Positions 25,666-39,053 of a stretch of 64,000 nucleotides of DNA are shown here, piece by piece. Position numbers and translations under genes: made by a program. Every line of letters starts with the position of its first letter. Within the stretch, counting starts at the first letter, position 1. Under the pieces are notes generated by a model that searched no databases, was not told the origin of the DNA, and worked only from the letters and a program-made list of their open reading frames with translations. The stretch spans positions 3,348,001 to 3,412,000 of the forward strand of contig CDPCPM010000120.1 of NCBI GenBank assembly GCA_976551045.1. Reading direction: 5' to 3'. The DNA is from Glaucostegus cemiculus. Its lineage: Eukaryota.

Positions 25666-26524
25666 TTACTAAACTAACTTGCCTGAAATCACAAATAAAA
25701 ATAGAAAATTGGAAAACATTACAGGTTAATGGTGAAACTGATTTGAAACCTTGTTATATAACACTAAGATTATGTTTTGTGATTCCATTTGTGATAGACT
25801 TGTATTTTAGTGAATAAATAGGGGACTTTATCTACCAATATGGCACATAGAAAACTGTGCCTATGCATTGCACACTGAAGGCAATGAGCTAGCAATGAAT
25901 CACTTAATGGGATGTGCAAGATGCTATATAAATGAAAATTTGTTCTTGATTCAGAGTCGGAACCCAGAGGAAGGCTGATCCAAATGTATTGTTTATGTTT
26001 TACTGTCTGGTATTTTCTGCAAAGATCAATTGTTAACTTTCAGTGGCAGAGCTGAGACTGTTATCTGTTCAATTTCTTTGAGAAAGGACAGGGTAATGGG
26101 AAGTTCCAAACGTAAAATAAAGGGGAAAGTTAAAGATTGGATAAAAACAAAGAAACACTGTAAAATACACCATAAGTTCTCCTGTACTTCTCAGTGACCT
26201 TTAATGATATCTCAGGCAAAAAATTACACAATATGTTCTGCTATTAATTCTGTGCACAAAAAATGGAAATCCACCAATTCAAATTAGTATTTTTATACTC
26301 TGATTTGTTCATGTACAAAATTAAATGGGTGATTACCTACTTTTATTAAGGATTCGAATCCAATCTGACTCCAACTTGTTTAATGGTGCTTCGTATAAAA
26401 TTCTTGCAATTGTAACTTTGAAGTATAATTGTTACAATACATCATTGGCTTTTAAATATCACTAAAATATAAAATACCCCATTCTGAAGGTGCTATGAAT
26501 TGTTTTAAAATGATCTCTCACTAT

Positions 26525-26695
26525 TAATTGGTATTGAGATGATGGTAGTGCGCCATCCTCTTTAACATGTGCACTCCTTATTGTGAAGGTATTTCCATTA
26601 TGCTGTTCAGCACAGGGTTTTTGACCCAGTGACAATGAAGGTATGGTGAAGATAATGAATGACTTGGAGGGGGTCTTTCAGGCAGTAATGGTACA
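26525..26695 (-). mobile_element. Old fragment of the CR1/L2-group LINE 3' end
   Basis: gagatgatggtagtgcg...atgctgttc...tttgacccagtgacaatgaagg...gacttggagggg parallels 5845-6000. Confidence 0.6.
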
Positions 26696-28294
26696 TTAAA
26701 GAACAATAATTGTTCATATACTAATTTATGTAATATTAATAATGCCATGGGAAAATTTAAAAAATATATATAGTTGCAATGATACCATGAATATTTTAGT
26801 TGTTTAATATATGATTATGAAATGACATTTTCAACATTTCATTCAGAATAAAGCACATGGTAACTCTCTGAACATTCACTGTCAGGAAGCTGAGTGACAC
26901 AATGAAAACATAAATATATAATTAAATGGAAAAATACACAGGCACATCCTGTCTAACAGATCTAATTGCCTCCAAGTTTATGTTCACTTCAGATTTGCTT
27001 GTACTTGATTCAGTTTACCAAAATAATCTGATTAGGTATATGTTGCATGTTTATGAGTAGAAAGAACTGGCAACTTAGTGGGAAACAAAACAATTTTATT
27101 CATATGTTTTGAAATGGGGCAGTTTGACTTGTTTCAGGAAGTGGGAATTACATTTAATGGTACAGTTAATTTTGCATTCATAACAAAAGGTTTGCAACTC
27201 TTGAAAGTTGTCAGAGCTTCTTGCTTTGCTTCACCATGGGTCTTTGTTCCATTTGTAGCGTATCTATCACCAAAACTCAATTAAGCACAGCCTCCCTTTC
27301 CTCAGTTGAAATAAACTGTTTACTCCCATTTTTTCACTGTTTACTTCAAATGATGTAAAGAACCCAAATATGACCGTAACATAGGTGTCCAGGGAAATGC
27401 TGGAGGTCAAAAAATTTAACCCACAGAAGAAAAGCAGGTCTCTTTTTTGCAATAAGAGACTTTCTTTCTTTCACAACTAAATGGTTGCATTATAATGTTA
27501 TTTATACCTCACACAGTCTTCTAACAACTCTCCCATTCACACCAGAAGGAGTACATCCTCTTTGTCACTACGTATTGGATTTGTCCCTGGAGATTCACAT
27601 TAGTCTGTAGGTAGTTTTAAAGGATGAAACAGGATTAGATAAAGTTTATTGACTGAGATGGCAATCATAAAAAACAAGGCTGCTGAAAGTGCATTTCCTT
27701 CTTGTATTTCTGACAATCAAACCCCTCTTTGTTTCCATATTATCGCGTCTTTCTTGAAGGATTGCAACTGAGCTGACTCAAAGCTTTGCATAGTTCAGCT
27801 CTTTTGAAAACATTGGAAATTCTCCTCATGTAAAACCTTATGAAAGTTGTGTCATATTTACAATCGTGTGTGTTTCATAGTTCAATTTGACAAAGTACTG
27901 TTTGCAATAGTGATAAACATTGAAAATAGTGACTCTCATTGTGAGACAAGTTAAATTTCCTGAAACAAGGTAAACAGCACCATTAAAATAGTGACTCTGT
28001 TGTGATTGGCTCTTTGGTTGTGGGAAATAAATAAGCGAAGGACTATTGGAGGAAAAGATCATAAGAATATGAATGATGCTGCAGACTTGAACACAGGTTA
28101 GGACAAGTACAGGAAGTAGAAATATTCACTGGAGGTTTTCTGGGATGGCATCAATCTTTTTAGACCAGGTGACTCAAGAATTTCATCCTGTAGTTTTGGA
28201 GCCAGGCTTAACATATCCATAACCTCTATTCACCAAAAAAGATGTTTTGAAGGATGGTACTTCCACGGAGAATTACAAATTAAAAGAGAAGTGT

Positions 28295-29090
28295 GATCCA
28301 CACATGGCTAAAAAAATAAGGATGGAATTGAACTAAAGTAAGAGTCATATCGATGTTGCCAAAAATAAGGTGTGAGAAAGCACATTTCTAAAAGTCAGTA
28401 AAAAAAAGGATGAGTGAAAGCAAACTGGATCATTTAAATGATACAACAGAAGAAATTATGGTGAGATATAAAGCTTTTAACTTTTTTTATCTACCTTCAA
28501 ATGGAAGTCACAAATAACATACAATAAATAATGTGGAATCAAGGGTTCAGCGAGAGAGTGATACTTGGGGAATTGCTATTAGCAAAGAGAAACCACTGAA
28601 GAAATTAGTATGTCTAAAAGTTGACAAATCTCCTGGAACCAATGACTCACACCCTAGTACTGGCTGCCAGAATGGTGGTGAATTCCCTTGATTTAGAGAC
28701 CCTCCCAACAGACTGAAAGTTAGAGAATGTGACACCACTATTCAAGAGAGGTGAGAAAGAGAAATTAGAGAATTATAGACTAGTTGGACTGACATAACAC
28801 TTTAGGAATAAGCTGGAATCCATTATTAAGGTAGTGGAATGGGGTACTAGGAAAATCATTATTGGGGGTGGCCTTTTATATGAAGCACAGGAAGTTAAAA
28901 TGTAGATGCATACATCAAAAAATAAGAAAGGTAAATGGTATGTAGACCTTTATTGCAAGGGGGTCGAAGTACAAAAGTAAAGAAGGCTGGCTGCTACTGT
29001 GCAGGCATTTGTTGGAGACCACTTTGGAATGGCGGGGTGCTGTTTAGGTCTTCGTATATGTTTACGTTAAAGGTTCATGAGATTGATTCT
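28295..29090 (+). mobile_element. CR1 ORF2 internal fragments (decayed, deleted)
   Basis: LKVDKSPGTNDSHPSTG and NVTPLFKRGEKEKLENYRLVGLT motifs (CR1 RT N-terminal KSPGPD.LHPR / NVTPLFKKG...NYRPVSLT). Confidence 0.85.
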
Positions 29091-31171
29091 GCATTTTAAA
29101 ATACCAATCTTTCAGAAGCCTAATGCTCTCTACACAACAATTTTCTCAGAGCAACGGAGAGGAATAACTAGAATCTTCCACTTGCACTGGTGTCGTGGGT
29201 GAAAATTCTCTTGCATCATTATACAATTAGGACTAGTTATTTTCTGAAAACTTATGTTAGTAAAAAAATAAATAGAAGGAGTCTGCGCGCTTCTGGTAAA
29301 TGACTGCATTACAGATAAGGCAGTTATATCATAAATAGTTTCAAATGTACAAGGCAGCATCATCACAGATATTACATTGTGCAGCCTACAATGCCAGTTG
29401 CCACTTACTTGGCATGGATTACTGACCAGATGGTCCGTGCTTGCATTGCTTCTAACAGATGGGGAGGTGCTGTGTCTTCAGTGATCATATTGATGCATTG
29501 AAACAAAGGCAATCATTGGAGAATAGAGTAAAATAGTAAAAGACAATGCTTTTCTCCTAAACCAAAGTTTTACATGACATCTTAGGCATAAAAATGGTAA
29601 TATTTGGCTGTTTTGTAATGACCAAGTGGTATTGAAATATAGCCTCTTATTCCTGTCAGTTTATAACTTCACAAAAATATAAGCCGTAGAAGATACTTCA
29701 CATTCCTACCCATCCTTTTATCCTTATCAGAGAGAAAGAAAGGATTTTCTTTAAAATAAAACATCAACTCGGCACAAGTAATATTGACAGTTAGTTATGT
29801 GATTGTCTTCATAGTCTTCCCTCTTCCATTTCTGTTGGTCCTGTCTGTACGTTGCTATGCAGCCTACCATAGATTATTGCATTTGTAAACTCAAAAAGTG
29901 TTTGACAAAGTGTTTCACTAGAGGCTGCAGAAAGAAGTTATGAATGGTGGATTTAAGGGGAGATTGCTAGAAAGTGATTGACTGGATGATGGAATGTGAG
30001 TTTATGAGCACTTCTTGCATTGGGTACCAATCAATAATGCCACAGGGACAGGATTTTCAAACATCTGCTTTTTATGATATTATTAGTGATCTAAATGGAG
30101 AGCCAACAGACAGAACTTACAGGTTTGTTCTTTCTCCAACTTGTAAGGGACGGCATGACCAATTAGCAAAACTGAGCTCATCCAAATGTGTTTGAAGAAA
30201 CTATACCCAATCTATTAGTGGACTGATTAGAAGCTGGTGATAATGTACACTGAGAACCAAATCAATAGTCAGTCAGTCAAGACAGTAGGGTGGCATTATA
30301 TGCTTAAGCATCAGTGCACCAGGGTGCAGTGAACTTGGACATATTTTCTGTCTCCACACGACCAAGTTTCCATCTTAGCTGATTCAGAATGGCATCTGCT
30401 GGTTGAGAACTGCATTGGCAGAGAACCAGGGGAGCCACACATGTTTGGTGCAAGGTCCAAGAAAACAAAGGGAGGGATGGGAATAAAATAAAGGATGTTT
30501 AACAATATACCCATTTGTATAATGCAGAAGAAAGCTGATTCCACTGGTAATTTAGGCTTATTGAGGTTACTGTGTCTACACCTTTAATTGTTGGATCAGA
30601 ATGAGTTCTGGATTGGAGGGTAGTAGCCTTCTCTCCTTGCTGGCTGTTGGGTCTGCAGTGAAATATGTGGGCAGTGCTGATATGATTTTTTTTGTGGGCA
30701 CTAAGCCTCAGGTTCATACTATTGCAATGCTACCCTGGGTTGGCTTTGAACTTGCTGTCTCCTCCAGTGTTTTCTCAAGGGTGCCCAACATAGAAAATAT
30801 TATGTTGCATAACAGAGGTCAGAATGAAGCTCCATTGTCAGAGTAGACCTGCTGGAACATCACTGTGTACCTAATGCATATAGATGTGCAATCTGAGAGT
30901 ATTTCATTCCAACCCAGGTTATGGTGTTAGCCTGGGAGTAACAATACTTGCATCACTGAACTAGAAACCCTTGTGGAACTATCTGAAAGAACAGCAGGAA
31001 GTTACTGCAAATACTGGAAATCTGCAAAAATAATTGAGAATACTGGAAATGCTGTGATGAGGGAAGGTTTGTAAAAAGATGGAATCCAAGAGGACTGATG
31101 GTACATGGATAAAAAGGGCGGTAAGGGGGAATGTAGTGGAAGTAAGAGTGGCACCACCTAATATTGCACAT

Positions 31172-31444
31172 GGCGCAGTAGTGTAGCAGTTCGTGTAACG
31201 CTATTACAGTGCCAGTGACCCAGGTTCAATTCCTGCTGCTGCCTGTAAGGAGTTTGTATGTTCTCCCTGTGTCTGGTTTCCTCCCACATTCCAAAGACGT
31301 ACAGGTTAGGAAGTTCTGGGCATGCTATGTTGGTGCCGGAAGTGTGGCGACATGTGCGGGCTGCCCCCAGAAAACTCTACGCAAAAGATGTATTTCACTG
31401 TGTGTTTCGATGTACATGTGACTAATAAAGATATCTTATCTTAT
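31172..31444 (+). mobile_element. tRNA-derived V-SINE-type element (tail type B)
   Basis: Same head as the 16380 SINE (B box ggttcaattcc) but a different 3' half ending gatgtacatgtgactaataaagatatcttatctt. Confidence 0.95.
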
Positions 31445-31445
31445 A

Positions 31446-31865
31446 AAACATGATGATGCTGGAGGAACTCAGTAGGCCAGGCAGCATCTGTGGAGAAAAG
31501 CAGGCAGTCAATGTTTCAGGTCAGGGCTTTCTTCAGGACTGAACATAGGGAAAGGGGAAGCCTAATATATCAGAGGGAAAAGCAGAGCAGTGACAGGTTG
31601 AGAAAAGAGGGGAGGTGGGGTGTGTCCAAGGTGGTGATAGATAGATGCAGGTAAGAGCTAGTGATAGGCAGGTGCAGGGAAGGAGGGGAGAGCAGATCCA
31701 CCAGGTGATGGGTGAAAGGAGAGAGAGGAAAAAAGGGGGTAAAAAAAGAGAGAGGCTAGGAAAGGGAAGAAGAGAAGAAGCATGGTGGGGGGAAATGTGG
31801 GGAAGGGGGTGGGGATTTCTTAAAGTGGGAGAATTCAAAGTTCATGCCGTTAGGCTGCAAGGTTA
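31446..31865 (-). mobile_element. 5'-truncated Penelope-like element (endonuclease C-terminus, pyrimidine-rich UTR, terminal repeat)
   Basis: Minus strand TLQPNGMNFEFSHFK at about 31820-31863; terminal repeat tccacagatgctgcctggcctactgagttcctccagcatc. Confidence 0.92.
31505..31541 (-). ncRNA. Minimal type I hammerhead ribozyme motif (degenerate) in Penelope terminal repeat
   Basis: Minus strand reads cagtc CTGAAGA aagccctgacct GAAA CA TT gactg: both core boxes intact, perfect 5-bp stem I, weak stem II, and CA where CG would be expected. Confidence 0.75.
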
Positions 31866-33574
31866 GGCTACGCAAAGACGCTGATGAAAAATAAATACAA
31901 AAGGCAAGATTATTTTTAGATTTAAAAGCTTATTAGTGGAAATGGATCTACATTTTTTGGGAAAATATTGACCAAGTTTGAGCCTGAAACTTACCTTTTC
32001 CACGTCCACCACCTTCTGAAGCCAACCTAATCTAAATGATGAGACTTTTCCTGGGGCAAGGGCTAGTGCAATTCAGCAAGCCACAACGAGCCCTGCCCAC
32101 AAACGAGTGCAAAAATTGCAAACTGCCTGCTAAACTGCTCTCTCAGTCTTAGCCAATTGTCAAACTTGTCAAGGACTTTGAATGCTACTGATATGCAGAT
32201 CCATTCAAACACCAAGTGAACAATTTAGGAAAATGCAATATAATTTAAAACATTTTTTAAAAATTAGAATATTTAATCATTTTGAAACAATTCAATTAAA
32301 AACATTGAAGTACATTTAATTAATTCAAAAAATGTCTGCTTCCTAATACTCACAGTCTAATGACCTAATCACTCACAGCCCTTCCTCTGCATTAAAATGA
32401 AAGGATTTATTCTTCAATGAAGTCTAACCTGCCACAAGTCAGTGGGCAGATTCCTCAGTGGAAGTGCTGGGAAATTGCACATTCAGGCTCCCCAGCCCCT
32501 TGAGGAGTCCAACATCGGAGTGCAGTTGGCCAAATCCCAGTGAGGGGTAGACATGTGTAGAACTTCCATGCTCAGAAGGGAATCCTGAACAGTCTGACGC
32601 AGGATGGGGTGGGGCATGGAGGAAATCCCAACAGTTTTAACATGGCCTTTCCATGTTAGCCTTTCCAACCAAGCTCCAGCCCAATACACTGCAGCACCAC
32701 TTAACCATTTCAGATATCAACAAGCATTGGGTAATAAAAACAAGGCATCTGAGTTAATTTAAAAATGAGAATTGAGAAAAAACCTCTTGCAGGATAGGTT
32801 TGTGTGTGCATAAATTATCATTCAGTCTTGCATAATGCTGCTCAATTATTTTTTTGAATATTATATCAGGAAAAAAACTGAGATGTGTAAACCCAGGCCT
32901 TGGAAAGAGTTGTCCCAAAGCTGAAGAGAAAGTGTCGAAAATGTAGGTCGAAAGTGTTCTGACATTGGGCACTACATAGGATCTCATGGTGAAGTGTGAA
33001 TATGCAGTTCTCCAGCTCTAACACTGAGGAAGTGTCCCCTACGTCTGCTCCAGGCTAGGTTGTTCATTTCAATGGAGAGCAGAGGCTGTAAATTGTGTCC
33101 ACTTTTTGATCTCTTAGTGCTGGTGGGATATTTGATGCCTGACTTTCTGGCAGGACCTTCACTGGCACTAGAAGCAAGGTTCTACCATGAAATTCATCAC
33201 AATTATGTCAACAACACTGCAATGCCCATATTTTTGCCTTCCAGTGTAATTTTCAACATTACTGATCAGAAAAATGACAGTCCTTGTTTATTCACAGCAC
33301 AGCCAGTTTTTACTAGCACTGTTTCCCCTGAAACCACGCTACTTAAAGGGCCAATCACACTCAAACTGCATTCTTTGCCAGGCTGCTCCACAGCACTGCA
33401 GCCGGTCTGCTTATTCTATGCATAGCTCACACTTAAAACTACACTTCTACACTTCAAGCCTCAAAACTGACTTCCAATGAGTATTTGACTACACCCAACA
33501 TCATTGCTGGATGGCAAGCAAATTGAAACATCAACAGCCAGGAGACCACATGAGAGAATACATGGCAGCACACA

Positions 33575-33930
33575 TCACAGAAGACCTTATCCACCCAGGG
33601 TTTAGAGAGGGCCATAAATATATTTAAACATCAGTGTCCAAATCTTTACACAGGCTATTCTTCACCAAGACAGTCCTGAGTAGCATCCTGTGGTCTCAAA
33701 TCCAGGCTCACACACATGACTCGACTGGTCTCATAGCTAAGGTCACAGTCACTCTCAGCTTACAGGTCGTGCTGCTGATCTCTGCCACATCACACAGTTT
33801 GATGTTCACTGCACTGTGAGGGAGATCACACGAGCTCCACACTCAGAGGGAGAAGACCATCTCCTTTTCCTTAAGCCCAGAGGGCATAAAGATTTGCTGG
33901 CACTGCACATTCCCCAAAGTACAGCTATGA
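33575..33930 (+). mobile_element. PIF/Harbinger (HARBI1-like) transposase relic
   Basis: Successive frames RRPYPPRV*, LHRLFFTKTVLSSIL...AKVTVTLSL, AADLCHITQFDVHCTVREITRA and FPKVQ follow the order of Harbinger N-terminal motifs up to just before the catalytic GAIDxTH. Confidence 0.75.
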
Positions 33931-35819
33931 AGAGACCAAGCAGGCATAGCAGTATCACTCCAAGCTTCCCTCTGCCTGGTGGGTCAGACCGTAGCTTTGG
34001 GCTGGACTTCACCCAGGCAGACTTGCCTCCCCTCCTCTAACAGAAGTTCTGAGTCCTGAATATGAAACTGAAATATGAAACTGGCCATACATTCCCTCCT
34101 GTCTCTCCTACCCCTCCATCTACTGATCTCCATACAGCAACATTTTTGGCAAGTTGCAGCAGTTGTCCTTCTGCAACATATGTGCCATTTAAGGCCTGGA
34201 TCCCACAGTTGCAGCATGAAAATTGCAATCAAGGATTTTCAGGCATGTGCACTGAACCAGGAAAACTGCTCCAATAGCCAAATTCGACAATGCTTTTTAG
34301 TGATAGTCATGTTGGAAGATCTCCACCATGTTAGTGCTTTGGAAATTACTGTCAGTGCACTTGAAGGTCACAAATCAGACCAGGGATACTTTTAGGCTGA
34401 AGGTTGTAATCATCCTGCCCCAATCGAGACTTGTAAAGCAATTAGCTTTTCCCATGATCTTGTGAGCTGGATTACAATGAGCAAGACTGTTCTAAATTCT
34501 GCATCCGCACACTGGTGGCGACTGCTGATGATGGATTCATGACTTCTAAGGTATGATTAATAAAGCTGGAATTTGCCCATAAACTTATTTGACAGGAGCA
34601 ACCATGAGAATATTTTCCATTAGTTTAGTTTGTGATCATTAACCATACTTGCAAATGTTGATATACTGAAAGGTATTTAAAAATTCAGTGAAGGCACACG
34701 TGCATCCAGCCTGTGAAAGGTGTATTCTGGTGACTCAGGGACTGATAAATAATCAACATAAATCCTGCAAATCATCACAACATACATAGGTGTTAGTATA
34801 TTCTGTAAAGATGGAAGTGCAGAACTTTTAAGTAAAATTGTACACCCCAAAATCTTCAATCTGGCCAGGTTGTAATATTCATAACAAGAAGATAAATAAA
34901 ACACCTTAAAATTATTTTTTTTCTTTCAGTTTCATTAAACATCACATCATATTTGTAAAATTCAATCACTATGCAGGATTAGCAAATTGTTGAGGCTTTT
35001 GCAGAATAAAGTATAACTGAAGAAATATGTCATCTGTTCTGTCAGTATACTAAAAATGTATTGTGTAAATAATATACCCTTGCATAGAGCTATTCTAATC
35101 TTTGTCAAGTCAACAGAGGTCACAAGTCAGCTTTTGCAGAGTGAAATGAGCTCACAAATGCATGATTCCACATAAGACTTTGTTTATATCGGGCGATGAA
35201 AGGATGTTTGTAAGTAAATCAATGGTAATACTGACAAATACAGCATCTGAGAGCATTGGATCACTTATCACATTGATTTGCACTGCAACATAATATGAAG
35301 ACTATACACAGAAACTTTAGTAAGTCAGCCTACAAATTAACTCATTTGATATTGACCTTTCAATTCCAACCATATTATAAGTGCCTTGAATGATTAATGG
35401 AAAGAATTTTCAGCTAAGGCAGCATTTGTTTTGTTAAATGGTTTTCTTTACAAGTATATGTGTAAAATTGGCAAATACAATGGTGCAAGTCAGATCTTTA
35501 ACTCTTAAGTTTAAATCAATTGAAATGAATTCTTGCCTTGGTGCAATGCTGTTCAGTGATGTCGATTTCCTGGTCTGAGTTTGAGTTGGTAGAAAGGTTC
35601 CTTACAATGAGTCTGACTTGTGTTAGGATCTGAAGGCATTTAATATTAATGGGTAAAAAGTGAAAGTATAACTGATACCTTCATGTTGAGGAGCCCACAT
35701 TTTTGACAAAATATCAATAGATATTATGGAAAGAATTTGGGGAAAGGAAGGAAACCGGTACTAAGTAGGTCAAGTAGCATCTGTGGAGAGAAAAATACCT
35801 TTTTAGATGAAATATTTCA

Positions 35820-35990
35820 CTTGATTGACACCATCCAACACTATTTATTTATTCTCCCCACCACTGGCACACCATATCTGCAATGTGTATCCCCTGCAAA
35901 ACTCATTGAGCTTATCCTGACAGCACCTCCCAAACTCTACGGCCAAGAAAGACAAGGATAGCAGGCACATCAGAACACCAACACCTTTTT
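35820..35990 (+). mobile_element. CR1/L2-group LINE fragment
   Basis: cttgattgacacc...gacagcacctcccaaac...aagacaagg...gaacaccaacacc parallels 9635-9795. Confidence 0.7.
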
Positions 35991-36679
35991 CAGATAACCT
36001 TGGATGCTGGTCCTTCCTTTAAAATGTTTCTTTCTTCTCGGTATTTCTTTACGTCTCTCAGGAAGAGGCACAGAAATATAAAGATCTCCCATTGATTTAA
36101 CAAAACGTGTTCATATGTTATACATCTCCTGTTATTATACAACAATATGCTTTCAACTTCTCATGAAGAATGATATTCACAGTCTTTTTATAGCATTATA
36201 AGCATGCCTGGTGATGGGACATATTAAGTTAGTACATTCTTCCTACAAATACTTTCTGATATATTACTGCCTGATATCAGAGATCCAATTTTTGTTCCTT
36301 TTAACATTGTTAAAAAATAATTTGCAAAAAATGCAAAACATATTTCTGTAACATTTACAAAATCAAGTGAAGGAAAGCTGCTTTCATTTGGTTTGAATGT
36401 TTCAGCTGGAATTTGAACATGATACCCTTTACTTGTACATTTGCAAGTTCTGACACTGGATATTTGTAATAATGTACTTTAGCATGATAAATGTTAAATT
36501 TTTTCTGTCAGATCTGGCTGGACCACAGTAAGCATTGCTGTCATAAGCTTTTAATTCTAAGATCATCCTTTTCTGTAAAAGTAACAATCAGTTTTGTTTC
36601 TTCACAGCAAATCAAGTTCTTGACTATCTCTTCTTTCTTCCATCCTGACTTCCAGTTAGAAACAGGGGGAGCTCATGGG

Positions 36680-36982
36680 TCTTCTGCAACCTTAATCTGT
36701 CTGAGATGTTTGCACTCCTCCAGTTCTGGCCTTTTGGTAATTGATCCATCATAGGTGGCTATGCCTCCAGCTGCTCAAGCCTTCAACTTTGAAACTGCCT
36801 TCTTAAACCATTCACTCCTGTTAAAATGCTCCTTAAAACCACGTTGACCAAGTTTATGACTGTCTGTCCTTACATCTCATAATGTGGTTGAATTTCAAGT
36901 TTTCTTTGGTAATGAACTAGTAAAGCATTTTGGAATGCTTTGCAGTGTTAGAAGTACGATTATAAGTAGAAGCTGTTTTGTT
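36680..36982 (+). mobile_element. L2-type LINE 3' end (old)
   Basis: gcactcctccagttctggcc...ggtggctatgcctccagctgc...ctccttaaaacc...gtaaagcattttgg...tataagtagaagctgttttgtt. Confidence 0.75.
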
Positions 36983-37704
36983 CCTATGCATCATAACAAA
37001 TGCCACTTGATGTATACAATGTTCTTTGCTGTTCACCCTGAGGTATTCTAGAATTCTTTGTGTGACATCTATTGTTTTTGATGGAAGATTACATTTTCTC
37101 CAACAAGTATTTAAAATAAGCTGGTTAGTTTGTATTAAAAGTTCAAAAATTATGACTGAACTCAAAATCCCTGATAATACTTAATAAGCTCTCTGGAATT
37201 ATGGCAAATTAGCTTTATCAGATGTCTTATCCTTTCACATCATTAAATTGCAAAATATAGAGCGGCAATACAATCCTATTTATTTACGAAAAGCTTTCAA
37301 CATCTTTTATATTCAGGATGTACAGACTGGAGAACTCTGAATGTTGGAAATATGGCAGACCAGCTGTCTACTTCACTTGGGTTCCATATGTCTTTATACT
37401 TGCAATAATCTGCATTGAGGGTTTTATTACACATGACATTTGGAGAATGATTCCTTTGAATATATCATATTCATACATTTTTATTTGAAACATAACCTCA
37501 GCCCGTGTTTAAAAATGCATTGTTTTCTTTAAATAGTTTTTGTTGTAAATGATATTTCTGATTATTGTTGTATTTAAGTTCATGCTGATAAGCTGTAAAT
37601 GAATCATTATGTATCATAAAACATCACAAACTGGCATGTTGAAATCAATGTGACATGTTTATATGATTGGTGCTTTATACCTCTGCAAATGCAATCAACA
37701 TATT

Positions 37705-38520
37705 CAGAATCAGAATCAGAATCAGTTTTTATTGTCACAACCATATACATACATAGTATGCATAGGAGCGAGATACCGTCCTCCTCAGGTGCTCGTCCCA
37801 TTAAATAACAACCAACAGAGACACACAGACACACTTAACAGAGTAAACATTAAAAAACATTAAACATTAAAAACTACGGAAGTTAAAATTAAATTAATAC
37901 GCAGATTAAATTATAAATGGCCGGTAAATAAATAAATAGTTATTAAAGTGAACGGGCTGGTGGCGGGCATTTAAAGTGCTGGTGCATTTCTGTGCACCTA
38001 GCATCTCTTAGTGTTAATAAGGAAGATGGAGGGATGAGAGAGTTTGCAGTTCTGATGGCTTGCGGAAAGAAGCTATTGTTCAGCCTGGTCGTTCTTGCCC
38101 TGATACACTTAAGCCTCCTCCCTGATGGCAAAATTGTAAAGAGGTGATGGGAGGGGTGAGAAGGGTCCGCCATTATGCTTTTGGTCTTCCTCACACAACG
38201 GTCTTTGTATATGTCTGCGAGGGATGGAAGCGAGACACCTATGATCCTCTCCGCAGCCCTAACTATCCTCTGGAGGCACTTCCGCCCAGCAGCTGAGCAG
38301 CTTCCAAACCAAACAGTGATACATTGGGTTAGGATGCTCTCAATGGTCCCTCTATAGAAGGTTTTCATGACGGAGGGATGGGAGTTCGCTTTCCTCAGTC
38401 TCCGCAGGAAGTAGAGGCGTTTCTGAGCTTTCTTCGTGAGGGCCATAATGTTAGTGGACCAGGTCAGGTCGTCGGTGATGTGTACCCCCAGGAACTTGGT
38501 GCTGCGTACTTGTTCCACAG
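37705..38520 (-). mobile_element. Young 5'-truncated Rex1/Babar-type LINE
   Basis: Uninterrupted 191-aa frame 37943..38518 (KFLGVHITDDLTWS...KAQKRLYFLRRLRK...FYRGTIESILT.CITVWFG...DPSHPSHHLF.ILPSGRR...SFFPQAIR), 3' UTR, aataaa and (attctg)n tail. Confidence 0.95.
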
Positions 38521-38801
38521 CAGAATTTTAAACAAATTCCTACTCATACCTAGTAATACACAAACTTTTCATCTGGGAATGTTAAAAATAAATAGATAAA
38601 ATTAAAATAAATGATTATAAATAATTTCAGCATGAATCATACATATTCTGTTTTTGTAAGTATGGGCTCCAGCTACAAGACTGTTTATCAAGATCTACAA
38701 AATGTGGTCTCACAGAAAAATTCCCTCATCTTATTACTTGTTCATCTTTTCCTTTTAGTTAAATAGCATGACAAAAAAATTATGTGACATAAGAACAAAA
38801 A

Positions 38802-39053
38802 GCACTATAGCGTAGCGGTTAGCACGACGCTGTTACAGTGCCAGCGACCGGGGTTCGATTCCTATCGCTGACCATAAGGAGTTTGTACGTTCTCCCGTGT
38901 TTGCGTGGGTTTTCTCCAGGTGCTCCGGTTTCCTGCCACATTCTAAAAGACGTATGGGTAGGTTAATTTGGGGGTTTAAAACGGGCGGCGCGGACTCGTT
39001 GGGCCGAAAGGGCCTGTTACCACGCTGTAAATAAAATTTAAAAAATTTATTTA
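38802..39053 (+). mobile_element. Young V-SINE-type element (tail type A)
   Basis: Near-identical to 16380-16636, including the B box ggttcgattcc and the gggccgaaagggcctg tail. Confidence 0.95.

Noticed and set aside
37943-38518. 191-aa ORF as a host gene (such fragments are often mislabelled ALKBH8-like/DUF1891)
   Set aside because: It is a LINE ORF2 C-terminus followed by a 3' UTR and microsatellite tail, is 5'-truncated and has other copies in the window.
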